A stretch of DNA of 40,943 bases from sequence record PP384393. One strand, written 5' to 3'. Shown one piece after another: positions 31,601-40,943 of this stretch. The notes under the pieces are model-generated. The model worked only from the letters and a program-made list of their open reading frames with translations, had not been told where the DNA came from and did not search any database. This DNA is from Teseptimavirus T7. Position 1 is the stretch's first letter; each line of letters opens with the position of its first letter. The position numbers were made by a program, and so were the translations under genes.

Positions 31601-34600
31601 ATGGATAAGTACGATAAGAACGTACCAAGTGATTATGATGGTCTGTTCCAAAAGGCTGCTGATGCCAACGGGGTCTCTTATGACCTTTTACGTAAAGTCG
31701 CTTGGACAGAATCACGATTTGTGCCTACAGCAAAATCTAAGACTGGACCATTAGGCATGATGCAATTTACCAAGGCAACCGCTAAGGCCCTCGGTCTGCG
31801 AGTTACCGATGGTCCAGACGACGACCGACTGAACCCTGAGTTAGCTATTAATGCTGCCGCTAAGCAACTTGCAGGTCTGGTAGGGAAGTTTGATGGCGAT
31901 GAACTCAAAGCTGCCCTTGCGTACAACCAAGGCGAGGGACGCTTGGGTAATCCACAACTTGAGGCGTACTCTAAGGGAGACTTCGCATCAATCTCTGAGG
32001 AGGGACGTAACTACATGCGTAACCTTCTGGATGTTGCTAAGTCACCTATGGCTGGACAGTTGGAAACTTTTGGTGGCATAACCCCAAAGGGTAAAGGCAT
32101 TCCGGCTGAGGTAGGATTGGCTGGAATTGGTCACAAGCAGAAAGTAACACAGGAACTTCCTGAGTCCACAAGTTTTGACGTTAAGGGTATCGAACAGGAG
32201 GCTACGGCGAAACCATTCGCCAAGGACTTTTGGGAGACCCACGGAGAAACACTTGACGAGTACAACAGTCGTTCAACCTTCTTCGGATTCAAAAATGCTG
32301 CCGAAGCTGAACTCTCCAACTCAGTCGCTGGGATGGCTTTCCGTGCTGGTCGTCTCGATAATGGTTTTGATGTGTTTAAAGACACCATTACGCCGACTCG
32401 CTGGAACTCTCACATCTGGACTCCAGAGGAGTTAGAGAAGATTCGAACAGAGGTTAAGAACCCTGCGTACATCAACGTTGTAACTGGTGGTTCCCCTGAG
32501 AACCTCGATGACCTCATTAAATTGGCTAACGAGAACTTTGAGAATGACTCCCGCGCTGCCGAGGCTGGCCTAGGTGCCAAACTGAGTGCTGGTATTATTG
32601 GTGCTGGTGTGGACCCGCTTAGCTATGTTCCTATGGTCGGTGTCACTGGTAAGGGCTTTAAGTTAATCAATAAGGCTCTTGTAGTTGGTGCCGAAAGTGC
32701 TGCTCTGAACGTTGCATCCGAAGGTCTCCGTACCTCCGTAGCTGGTGGTGACGCAGACTATGCGGGTGCTGCCTTAGGTGGCTTTGTGTTTGGCGCAGGC
32801 ATGTCTGCAATCAGTGACGCTGTAGCTGCTGGACTGAAACGCAGTAAACCAGAAGCTGAGTTCGACAATGAGTTCATCGGTCCTATGATGCGATTGGAAG
32901 CCCGTGAGACAGCACGAAACGCCAACTCTGCGGACCTCTCTCGGATGAACACTGAGAACATGAAGTTTGAAGGTGAACATAATGGTGTCCCTTATGAGGA
33001 CTTACCAACAGAGAGAGGTGCCGTGGTGTTACATGATGGCTCCGTTCTAAGTGCAAGCAACCCAATCAACCCTAAGACTCTAAAAGAGTTCTCCGAGGTT
33101 GACCCTGAGAAGGCTGCGCGAGGAATCAAACTGGCTGGGTTCACCGAGATTGGCTTGAAGACCTTGGGGTCTGACGATGCTGACATCCGTAGAGTGGCTA
33201 TCGACCTCGTTCGCTCTCCTACTGGTATGCAGTCTGGTGCCTCAGGTAAGTTCGGTGCAACAGCTTCTGACATCCATGAGAGACTTCATGGTACTGACCA
33301 GCGTACTTATAATGACTTGTACAAAGCAATGTCTGACGCTATGAAAGACCCTGAGTTCTCTACTGGCGGCGCTAAGATGTCCCGTGAAGAAACTCGATAC
33401 ACTATCTACCGTAGAGCGGCACTAGCTATTGAGCGTCCAGAACTACAGAAGGCACTCACTCCGTCTGAGAGAATCGTTATGGACATCATTAAGCGTCACT
33501 TTGACACCAAGCGTGAACTTATGGAAAACCCAGCAATATTCGGTAACACAAAGGCTGTGAGTATCTTCCCTGAGAGTCGCCACAAAGGTACTTACGTTCC
33601 TCACGTATATGACCGTCATGCCAAGGCGCTGATGATTCAACGCTACGGTGCCGAAGGTTTGCAGGAAGGGATTGCCCGCTCATGGATGAACAGCTACGTC
33701 TCCAGACCTGAGGTCAAGGCCAGAGTCGATGAGATGCTTAAGGAATTACACGGGGTGAAGGAAGTAACACCAGAGATGGTAGAGAAGTACGCTATGGATA
33801 AGGCTTATGGTATCTCCCACTCAGACCAGTTCACCAACAGTTCCATAATAGAAGAGAACATTGAGGGCTTAGTAGGTATCGAGAATAACTCATTCCTTGA
33901 GGCACGTAACTTGTTTGATTCGGACCTATCCATCACTATGCCAGACGGACAGCAATTCTCAGTGAATGACCTAAGGGACTTCGATATGTTCCGCATCATG
34001 CCAGCGTATGACCGCCGTGTCAATGGTGACATCGCCATCATGGGGTCTACTGGTAAAACCACTAAGGAACTTAAGGATGAGATTTTGGCTCTCAAAGCGA
34101 AAGCTGAGGGAGACGGTAAGAAGACTGGCGAGGTACATGCTTTAATGGATACCGTTAAGATTCTTACTGGTCGTGCTAGACGCAATCAGGACACTGTGTG
34201 GGAAACCTCACTGCGTGCCATCAATGACCTAGGGTTCTTCGCTAAGAACGCCTACATGGGTGCTCAGAACATTACGGAGATTGCTGGGATGATTGTCACT
34301 GGTAACGTTCGTGCTCTAGGGCATGGTATCCCAATTCTGCGTGATACACTCTACAAGTCTAAACCAGTTTCAGCTAAGGAACTCAAGGAACTCCATGCGT
34401 CTCTGTTCGGGAAGGAGGTGGACCAGTTGATTCGGCCTAAACGTGCTGACATTGTGCAGCGCCTAAGGGAAGCAACTGATACCGGACCTGCCGTGGCGAA
34501 CATCGTAGGGACCTTGAAGTATTCAACACAGGAACTGGCTGCTCGCTCTCCGTGGACTAAGCTACTGAACGGAACCACTAACTACCTTCTGGATGCTGCG

Positions 34601-35557
34601 CGTCAAGGTATGCTTGGGGATGTTATTAGTGCCACCCTAACAGGTAAGACTACCCGCTGGGAGAAAGAAGGCTTCCTTCGTGGTGCCTCCGTAACTCCTG
34701 AGCAGATGGCTGGCATCAAGTCTCTCATCAAGGAACATATGGTACGCGGTGAGGACGGGAAGTTTACCGTTAAGGACAAGCAAGCGTTCTCTATGGACCC
34801 ACGGGCTATGGACTTATGGAGACTGGCTGACAAGGTAGCTGATGAGGCAATGCTGCGTCCACATAAGGTGTCCTTACAGGATTCCCATGCGTTCGGAGCA
34901 CTAGGTAAGATGGTTATGCAGTTTAAGTCTTTCACTATCAAGTCCCTTAACTCTAAGTTCCTGCGAACCTTCTATGATGGATACAAGAACAACCGAGCGA
35001 TTGACGCTGCGCTGAGCATCATCACCTCTATGGGTCTCGCTGGTGGTTTCTATGCTATGGCTGCACACGTCAAAGCATACGCTCTGCCTAAGGAGAAACG
35101 TAAGGAGTACTTGGAGCGTGCACTGGACCCAACCATGATTGCCCACGCTGCGTTATCTCGTAGTTCTCAATTGGGTGCTCCTTTGGCTATGGTTGACCTA
35201 GTTGGTGGTGTTTTAGGGTTCGAGTCCTCCAAGATGGCTCGCTCTACGATTCTACCTAAGGACACCGTGAAGGAACGTGACCCAAACAAACCGTACACCT
35301 CTAGAGAGGTAATGGGCGCTATGGGTTCAAACCTTCTGGAACAGATGCCTTCGGCTGGCTTTGTGGCTAACGTAGGGGCTACCTTAATGAATGCTGCTGG
35401 CGTGGTCAACTCACCTAATAAAGCAACCGAGCAGGACTTCATGACTGGTCTTATGAACTCCACAAAAGAGTTAGTACCGAACGACCCATTGACTCAACAG
35501 CTTGTGTTGAAGATTTATGAGGCGAACGGTGTTAACTTGAGGGAGCGTAGGAAATAA
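31601..35557 (+). CDS. 16: Gp16 internal core protein with N-terminal lytic transglycosylase domain
   Basis: 1318-aa ORF; N-terminal ...AWTESRF...GPLGMMQFT motif typical of SLT domain. Confidence 0.95.
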   Translation: MDKYDKNVPSDYDGLFQKAADANGVSYDLLRKVAWTESRFVPTAKSKTGPLGMMQFTKATAKALGLRVTDGPDDDRLNPELAINAAAKQLAGLVGKFDGDELKAALAYNQGEGRLGNPQLEAYSKGDFASISEEGRNYMRNLLDVAKSPMAGQLETFGGITPKGKGIPAEVGLAGIGHKQKVTQELPESTSFDVKGIEQEATAKPFAKDFWETHGETLDEYNSRSTFFGFKNAAEAELSNSVAGMAFRAGRLDNGFDVFKDTITPTRWNSHIWTPEELEKIRTEVKNPAYINVVTGGSPENLDDLIKLANENFENDSRAAEAGLGAKLSAGIIGAGVDPLSYVPMVGVTGKGFKLINKALVVGAESAALNVASEGLRTSVAGGDADYAGAALGGFVFGAGMSAISDAVAAGLKRSKPEAEFDNEFIGPMMRLEARETARNANSADLSRMNTENMKFEGEHNGVPYEDLPTERGAVVLHDGSVLSASNPINPKTLKEFSEVDPEKAARGIKLAGFTEIGLKTLGSDDADIRRVAIDLVRSPTGMQSGASGKFGATASDIHERLHGTDQRTYNDLYKAMSDAMKDPEFSTGGAKMSREETRYTIYRRAALAIERPELQKALTPSERIVMDIIKRHFDTKRELMENPAIFGNTKAVSIFPESRHKGTYVPHVYDRHAKALMIQRYGAEGLQEGIARSWMNSYVSRPEVKARVDEMLKELHGVKEVTPEMVEKYAMDKAYGISHSDQFTNSSIIEENIEGLVGIENNSFLEARNLFDSDLSITMPDGQQFSVNDLRDFDMFRIMPAYDRRVNGDIAIMGSTGKTTKELKDEILALKAKAEGDGKKTGEVHALMDTVKILTGRARRNQDTVWETSLRAINDLGFFAKNAYMGAQNITEIAGMIVTGNVRALGHGIPILRDTLYKSKPVSAKELKELHASLFGKEVDQLIRPKRADIVQRLREATDTGPAVANIVGTLKYSTQELAARSPWTKLLNGTTNYLLDAARQGMLGDVISATLTGKTTRWEKEGFLRGASVTPEQMAGIKSLIKEHMVRGEDGKFTVKDKQAFSMDPRAMDLWRLADKVADEAMLRPHKVSLQDSHAFGALGKMVMQFKSFTIKSLNSKFLRTFYDGYKNNRAIDAALSIITSMGLAGGFYAMAAHVKAYALPKEKRKEYLERALDPTMIAHAALSRSSQLGAPLAMVDLVGGVLGFESSKMARSTILPKDTVKERDPNKPYTSREVMGAMGSNLLEQMPSAGFVANVGATLMNAAGVVNSPNKATEQDFMTGLMNSTKELVPNDPLTQQLVLKIYEANGVNLRERRK

Positions 35558-35577
35558 TACGACTCACTATAGGGAGA
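35555..35577 (+). promoter_or_regulatory. T7 class III promoter phi17
   Basis: taatacgactcactatagggaga. Confidence 0.85.
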
Positions 35578-35629
35578 GGCGAAATAATCTTCTCCCTGTA
35601 GTCTCTTAGATTTACTTTAAGGAGGTCAA

Positions 35630-37291
35630 ATGGCTAACGTAATTAAAACCGTTTTGACTTACCAGTTAGATGGCTCCAATCGTGATTTTAATATCCCGTT
35701 TGAGTATCTAGCCCGTAAGTTCGTAGTGGTAACTCTTATTGGTGTAGACCGAAAGGTCCTTACGATTAATACAGACTATCGCTTTGCTACACGTACTACT
35801 ATCTCTCTGACAAAGGCTTGGGGTCCAGCCGATGGCTACACGACCATCGAGTTACGTCGAGTAACCTCCACTACCGACCGATTGGTTGACTTTACGGATG
35901 GTTCAATCCTCCGCGCGTATGACCTTAACGTCGCTCAGATTCAAACGATGCACGTAGCGGAAGAGGCCCGTGACCTCACTACGGATACTATCGGTGTCAA
36001 TAACGATGGTCACTTGGATGCTCGTGGTCGTCGAATTGTGAACCTAGCGAACGCCGTGGATGACCGCGATGCTGTTCCGTTTGGTCAACTAAAGACCATG
36101 AACCAGAACTCATGGCAAGCACGTAATGAAGCCTTACAGTTCCGTAATGAGGCTGAGACTTTCAGAAACCAAGCGGAGGGCTTTAAGAACGAGTCCAGTA
36201 CCAACGCTACGAACACAAAGCAGTGGCGCGATGAGACCAAGGGTTTCCGAGACGAAGCCAAGCGGTTCAAGAATACGGCTGGTCAATACGCTACATCTGC
36301 TGGGAACTCTGCTTCCGCTGCGCATCAATCTGAGGTAAACGCTGAGAACTCTGCCACAGCATCCGCTAACTCTGCTCATTTGGCAGAACAGCAAGCAGAC
36401 CGTGCGGAACGTGAGGCAGACAAGCTGGAAAATTACAATGGATTGGCTGGTGCAATTGATAAGGTAGATGGAACCAATGTGTACTGGAAAGGAAATATTC
36501 ACGCTAACGGGCGCCTTTACATGACCACAAACGGTTTTGACTGTGGCCAGTATCAACAGTTCTTTGGTGGTGTCACTAATCGTTACTCTGTCATGGAGTG
36601 GGGAGATGAGAACGGATGGCTGATGTATGTTCAACGTAGAGAGTGGACAACAGCGATAGGCGGTAACATCCAGTTAGTAGTAAACGGACAGATCATCACC
36701 CAAGGTGGAGCCATGACCGGTCAGCTAAAATTGCAGAATGGGCATGTTCTTCAATTAGAGTCCGCATCCGACAAGGCGCACTATATTCTATCTAAAGATG
36801 GTAACAGGAATAACTGGTACATTGGTAGAGGGTCAGATAACAACAATGACTGTACCTTCCACTCCTATGTACATGGTACGACCTTAACACTCAAGCAGGA
36901 CTATGCAGTAGTTAACAAACACTTCCACGTAGGTCAGGCCGTTGTGGCCACTGATGGTAATATTCAAGGTACTAAGTGGGGAGGTAAATGGCTGGATGCT
37001 TACCTACGTGACAGCTTCGTTGCGAAGTCCAAGGCGTGGACTCAGGTGTGGTCTGGTAGTGCTGGCGGTGGGGTAAGTGTGACTGTTTCACAGGATCTCC
37101 GCTTCCGCAATATCTGGATTAAGTGTGCCAACAACTCTTGGAACTTCTTCCGTACTGGCCCCGATGGAATCTACTTCATAGCCTCTGATGGTGGATGGTT
37201 ACGATTCCAAATACACTCCAACGGTCTCGGATTCAAGAATATTGCAGACAGTCGTTCAGTACCTAATGCAATCATGGTGGAGAACGAGTAA
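35630..37291 (+). CDS. 17: Gp17 tail fibre protein
   Basis: 553-aa ORF. Confidence 0.95.
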   Translation: MANVIKTVLTYQLDGSNRDFNIPFEYLARKFVVVTLIGVDRKVLTINTDYRFATRTTISLTKAWGPADGYTTIELRRVTSTTDRLVDFTDGSILRAYDLNVAQIQTMHVAEEARDLTTDTIGVNNDGHLDARGRRIVNLANAVDDRDAVPFGQLKTMNQNSWQARNEALQFRNEAETFRNQAEGFKNESSTNATNTKQWRDETKGFRDEAKRFKNTAGQYATSAGNSASAAHQSEVNAENSATASANSAHLAEQQADRAEREADKLENYNGLAGAIDKVDGTNVYWKGNIHANGRLYMTTNGFDCGQYQQFFGGVTNRYSVMEWGDENGWLMYVQRREWTTAIGGNIQLVVNGQIITQGGAMTGQLKLQNGHVLQLESASDKAHYILSKDGNRNNWYIGRGSDNNNDCTFHSYVHGTTLTLKQDYAVVNKHFHVGQAVVATDGNIQGTKWGGKWLDAYLRDSFVAKSKAWTQVWSGSAGGGVSVTVSQDLRFRNIWIKCANNSWNFFRTGPDGIYFIASDGGWLRFQIHSNGLGFKNIADSRSVPNAIMVENE

Positions 37292-37349
37292 TTGGTAAAT
37301 CACAAGGAAAGACGTGTAGTCCACGGATGGACTCTCAAGGAGGTACAAG

Positions 37350-37553
37350 GTGCTATCATTAGACTTTAACAACGAATTGATTAAGGCTGCTCCAATTGTT
37401 GGGACGGGTGTAGCAGATGTTAGTGCTCGACTGTTCTTTGGGTTAAGCCTTAACGAATGGTTCTACGTTGCTGCTATCGCCTACACAGTGGTTCAGATTG
37501 GTGCCAAGGTAGTCGATAAGATGATTGACTGGAAGAAAGCCAATAAGGAGTGA
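37350..37553 (+). CDS. 17.5: Gp17.5 holin
   Basis: 67 aa with one hydrophobic segment. Confidence 0.85.
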   Translation: MLSLDFNNELIKAAPIVGTGVADVSARLFFGLSLNEWFYVAAIAYTVVQIGAKVVDKMIDWKKANKE

Positions 37554-37558
37554 TATGT

Positions 37559-37828
37559 ATGGAAAAGGATAAGAGCCTTATTACATTCTTAGAGATGTTG
37601 GACACTGCGATGGCTCAGCGTATGCTTGCGGACCTTTCGGACCATGAGCGTCGCTCTCCGCAACTCTATAATGCTATTAACAAACTGTTAGACCGCCACA
37701 AGTTCCAGATTGGTAAGTTGCAGCCGGATGTTCACATCTTAGGTGGCCTTGCTGGTGCTCTTGAAGAGTACAAAGAGAAAGTCGGTGATAACGGTCTTAC
37801 GGATGATGATATTTACACATTACAGTGA
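37559..37828 (+). CDS. 18: Gp18 terminase small subunit
   Basis: ATG 37559 (MEKDKSLITFLEML...), 89 aa. Confidence 0.85.
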   Translation: MEKDKSLITFLEMLDTAMAQRMLADLSDHERRSPQLYNAINKLLDRHKFQIGKLQPDVHILGGLAGALEEYKEKVGDNGLTDDDIYTLQ

Positions 37829-37870
37829 TATACTCAAGGCCACTACAGATAGTGGTCTTTATGGATGTCA
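37825..37870 (+). promoter_or_regulatory. RNase III site R18.5
   Basis: ctcaaggccactacagatagtggtctttatgga hairpin. Confidence 0.5.
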
Positions 37871-37922
37871 TTGTCTATACGAGATGCTCCTACGTGAAAT
37901 CTGAAAGTTAACGGGAGGCATT

Positions 37923-38354
37923 ATGCTAGAATTTTTACGTAAGCTAATCCCTTGGGTTCTCGCTGGGATGCTATTCGGGTTAGGATGGCATCTAGGGTCA
38001 GACTCAATGGACGCTAAATGGAAACAGGAGGTACACAATGAGTACGTTAAGAGAGTTGAGGCTGCGAAGAGCACTCAAAGAGCAATCGATGCGGTATCTG
38101 CTAAGTATCAAGAAGACCTTGCCGCGCTGGAAGGGAGCACTGATAGGATTATTTCTGATTTGCGTAGCGACAATAAGCGGTTGCGCGTCAGAGTCAAAAC
38201 TACCGGAACCTCCGATGGTCAGTGTGGATTCGAGCCTGATGGTCGAGCCGAACTTGACGACCGAGATGCTAAACGTATTCTCGCAGTGACCCAGAAGGGT
38301 GACGCATGGATTCGTGCGTTACAGGATACTATTCGTGAACTGCAACGTAAGTAG
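37923..38354 (+). CDS. 18.5: Gp18.5 Rz-like i-spanin
   Basis: 143 aa with N-terminal TM segment. Confidence 0.85.
   Translation: MLEFLRKLIPWVLAGMLFGLGWHLGSDSMDAKWKQEVHNEYVKRVEAAKSTQRAIDAVSAKYQEDLAALEGSTDRIISDLRSDNKRLRVRVKTTGTSDGQCGFEPDGRAELDDRDAKRILAVTQKGDAWIRALQDTIRELQRK
38038..38289 (+). CDS. 18.7: Gp18.7 Rz1-like o-spanin, embedded in +1 frame of 18.5
   Basis: 83-aa ORF with lipoprotein-like signal (LFLICVATISGCASE). Confidence 0.7.
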   Translation: MSTLRELRLRRALKEQSMRYLLSIKKTLPRWKGALIGLFLICVATISGCASESKLPEPPMVSVDSSLMVEPNLTTEMLNVFSQ

Positions 38355-38375
38355 GAAATCAAGTAAGGAGGCAAT

Positions 38376-40136
38376 GTGTCTACTCAATCCAATCGTAATG
38401 CGCTCGTAGTGGCGCAACTGAAAGGAGACTTCGTGGCGTTCCTATTCGTCTTATGGAAGGCGCTAAACCTACCGGTGCCCACTAAGTGTCAGATTGACAT
38501 GGCTAAGGTGCTGGCGAATGGAGACAACAAGAAGTTCATCTTACAGGCTTTCCGTGGTATCGGTAAGTCGTTCATCACATGTGCGTTCGTTGTGTGGTCC
38601 TTATGGAGAGACCCTCAGTTGAAGATACTTATCGTATCAGCCTCTAAGGAGCGTGCAGACGCTAACTCCATCTTTATTAAGAACATCATTGACCTGCTGC
38701 CATTCCTATCTGAGTTAAAGCCAAGACCCGGACAGCGTGACTCGGTAATCAGCTTTGATGTAGGCCCAGCCAATCCTGACCACTCTCCTAGTGTGAAATC
38801 AGTAGGTATCACTGGTCAGTTAACTGGTAGCCGTGCTGACATTATCATTGCGGATGACGTTGAGATTCCGTCTAACAGCGCAACTATGGGTGCCCGTGAG
38901 AAGCTATGGACTCTGGTTCAGGAGTTCGCTGCGTTACTTAAACCGCTGCCTTCCTCTCGCGTTATCTACCTTGGTACACCTCAGACAGAGATGACTCTCT
39001 ATAAGGAACTTGAGGATAACCGTGGGTACACAACCATTATCTGGCCTGCTCTGTACCCAAGGACACGTGAAGAGAACCTCTATTACTCACAGCGTCTTGC
39101 TCCTATGTTACGCGCTGAGTACGATGAGAACCCTGAGGCACTTGCTGGGACTCCAACAGACCCAGTGCGCTTTGACCGTGATGACCTGCGCGAGCGTGAG
39201 TTGGAATACGGTAAGGCTGGCTTTACGCTACAGTTCATGCTTAACCCTAACCTTAGTGATGCCGAGAAGTACCCGCTGAGGCTTCGTGACGCTATCGTAG
39301 CGGCCTTAGACTTAGAGAAGGCCCCAATGCATTACCAGTGGCTTCCGAACCGTCAGAACATCATTGAGGACCTTCCTAACGTTGGCCTTAAGGGTGATGA
39401 CCTGCATACGTACCACGATTGTTCCAACAACTCAGGTCAGTACCAACAGAAGATTCTGGTCATTGACCCTAGTGGTCGCGGTAAGGACGAAACAGGTTAC
39501 GCTGTGCTGTACACACTGAACGGTTACATCTACCTTATGGAAGCTGGAGGTTTCCGTGATGGCTACTCCGATAAGACCCTTGAGTTACTCGCTAAGAAGG
39601 CAAAGCAATGGGGAGTCCAGACGGTTGTCTACGAGAGTAACTTCGGTGACGGTATGTTCGGTAAGGTATTCAGTCCTATCCTTCTTAAACACCACAACTG
39701 TGCGATGGAAGAGATTCGTGCCCGTGGTATGAAAGAGATGCGTATTTGCGATACCCTTGAGCCAGTCATGCAGACTCACCGCCTTGTAATTCGTGATGAG
39801 GTCATTAGGGCCGACTACCAGTCCGCTCGTGACGTAGACGGTAAGCATGACGTTAAGTACTCGTTGTTCTACCAGATGACCCGTATCACTCGTGAGAAAG
39901 GCGCTCTGGCTCATGATGACCGATTGGATGCCCTTGCGTTAGGCATTGAGTATCTCCGTGAGTCCATGCAGTTGGATTCCGTTAAGGTCGAGGGTGAAGT
40001 ACTTGCTGACTTCCTTGAGGAACACATGATGCGTCCTACGGTTGCTGCTACGCATATCATTGAGATGTCTGTGGGAGGAGTTGATGTGTACTCTGAGGAC
40101 GATGAGGGTTACGGTACGTCTTTCATTGAGTGGTGA
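38376..40136 (+). CDS. 19: Gp19 terminase large subunit
   Basis: 586-aa ORF. Confidence 0.95.
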
Positions 40137-40207
40137 TTTATGCATTAGGACTGCATAGGGATGCACTATAGACCACGGATGGTCAGTTCTTTAAGTTACT
40201 GAAAAGA

Positions 40208-40230
40208 CACGATAAATTAATACGACTCAC
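40208..40230 (+). promoter_or_regulatory. T7 promoter phiOR
   Basis: taatacgactcactatagggaga. Confidence 0.85.
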
Positions 40231-40394
40231 TATAGGGAGAGGAGGGACGAAAGGTTACTATATAGATACTGAATGAATACTTATAGAGTGCATAAAGTAT
40301 GCATAATGGTGTACCTAGAGTGACCTCTAAGAATGGTGATTATATTGTATTAGTATCACCTTAACTTAAGGACCAACATAAAGGGAGGAGACTC

Positions 40395-40544
40395 ATGTTC
40401 CGCTTATTGTTGAACCTACTGCGGCATAGAGTCACCTACCGATTTCTTGTGGTACTTTGTGCTGCCCTTGGGTACGCATCTCTTACTGGAGACCTCAGTT
40501 CACTGGAGTCTGTCGTTTGCTCTATACTCACTTGTAGCGATTAG
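40395..40544 (+). CDS. 19.5: Gp19.5
   Basis: ATG 40395 after agggaggag RBS; 49 aa; stop tag 40542-40544. Confidence 0.6.
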   Translation: MFRLLLNLLRHRVTYRFLVVLCAALGYASLTGDLSSLESVVCSILTCSD

Positions 40545-40589
40545 GGTCTTCCTGACCGACTGATGGCTCACCGAGGGATTCAGCGGTAT

Positions 40590-40783
40590 GATTGCATCAC
40601 ACCACTTCATCCCTATAGAGTCAAGTCCTAAGGTATACCCATAAAGAGCCTCTAATGGTCTATCCTAAGGTCTATACCTAAAGATAGGCCATCCTATCAG
40701 TGTCACCTAAAGAGGGTCTTAGAGAGGGCCTATGGAGTTCCTATAGGGTCCTTTAAAATATACCATAAAAATCTGAGTGACTA
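40590..40783. repeat. Right-end short-repeat region preceding the terminal repeat
   Basis: Recurring cctaaag/ccta(t/a)agg units. Confidence 0.6.
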
Positions 40784-40943
40784 TCTCACAGTGTACGGAC
40801 CTAAAGTTCCCCCATAGGGGGTACCTAAAGCCCAGCCAATCACCTAAAGTCAACCTTCGGTTGACCTTGAGGGTTCCCTAAGGGTTGGGGATGACCCTTG
40901 GGTTTGTCTTTGGGTGTTACCTTGAGTGTCTCTCTGTGTCCCT
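40784..40943. repeat. Right direct terminal repeat (160 bp)
   Basis: Identical to 1-160. Confidence 0.95.

Overview
This window is a complete, linear bacteriophage T7 genome (all genes on the + strand, 160-bp direct terminal repeats at 1-160 and 40784-40943) carrying one man-made insertion. The phage backbone is recognisable gene by gene: ocr (0.3), kinase 0.7, T7 RNA polymerase, ligase, SSB 2.5, endonuclease I, lysozyme 3.5, primase-helicase 4, DNA polymerase 5, exonuclease 6, portal 8, scaffold 9, capsid 10A, tail 11/12, core 14/15/16, tail fibre 17, holin 17.5, terminase 18/19 and spanins 18.5/18.7, with the expected T7 and E. coli promoters, RNase III sites and the TE and Tphi terminators. 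The single anomaly is at about 24006-25110, between the gene 10A stop and Tphi: a plasmid-derived cassette (antisense pBR322 tetA fragment, BglII linker, second copy of the phi10 promoter and leader, NcoI-ATG, a 236-aa mCherry ORF, an orphaned in-frame His6, polylinker remnant). It replaces the 10B-specific extension and adds about 1005 bp net. I see no evidence of a natural, previously undescribed system: the unusual content is an engineered reporter construct in one of the best-characterised phage genomes. Reference T7 coordinates and vector identities quoted here are from memory, not from a search or alignment. Gene coordinates include the stop codon.
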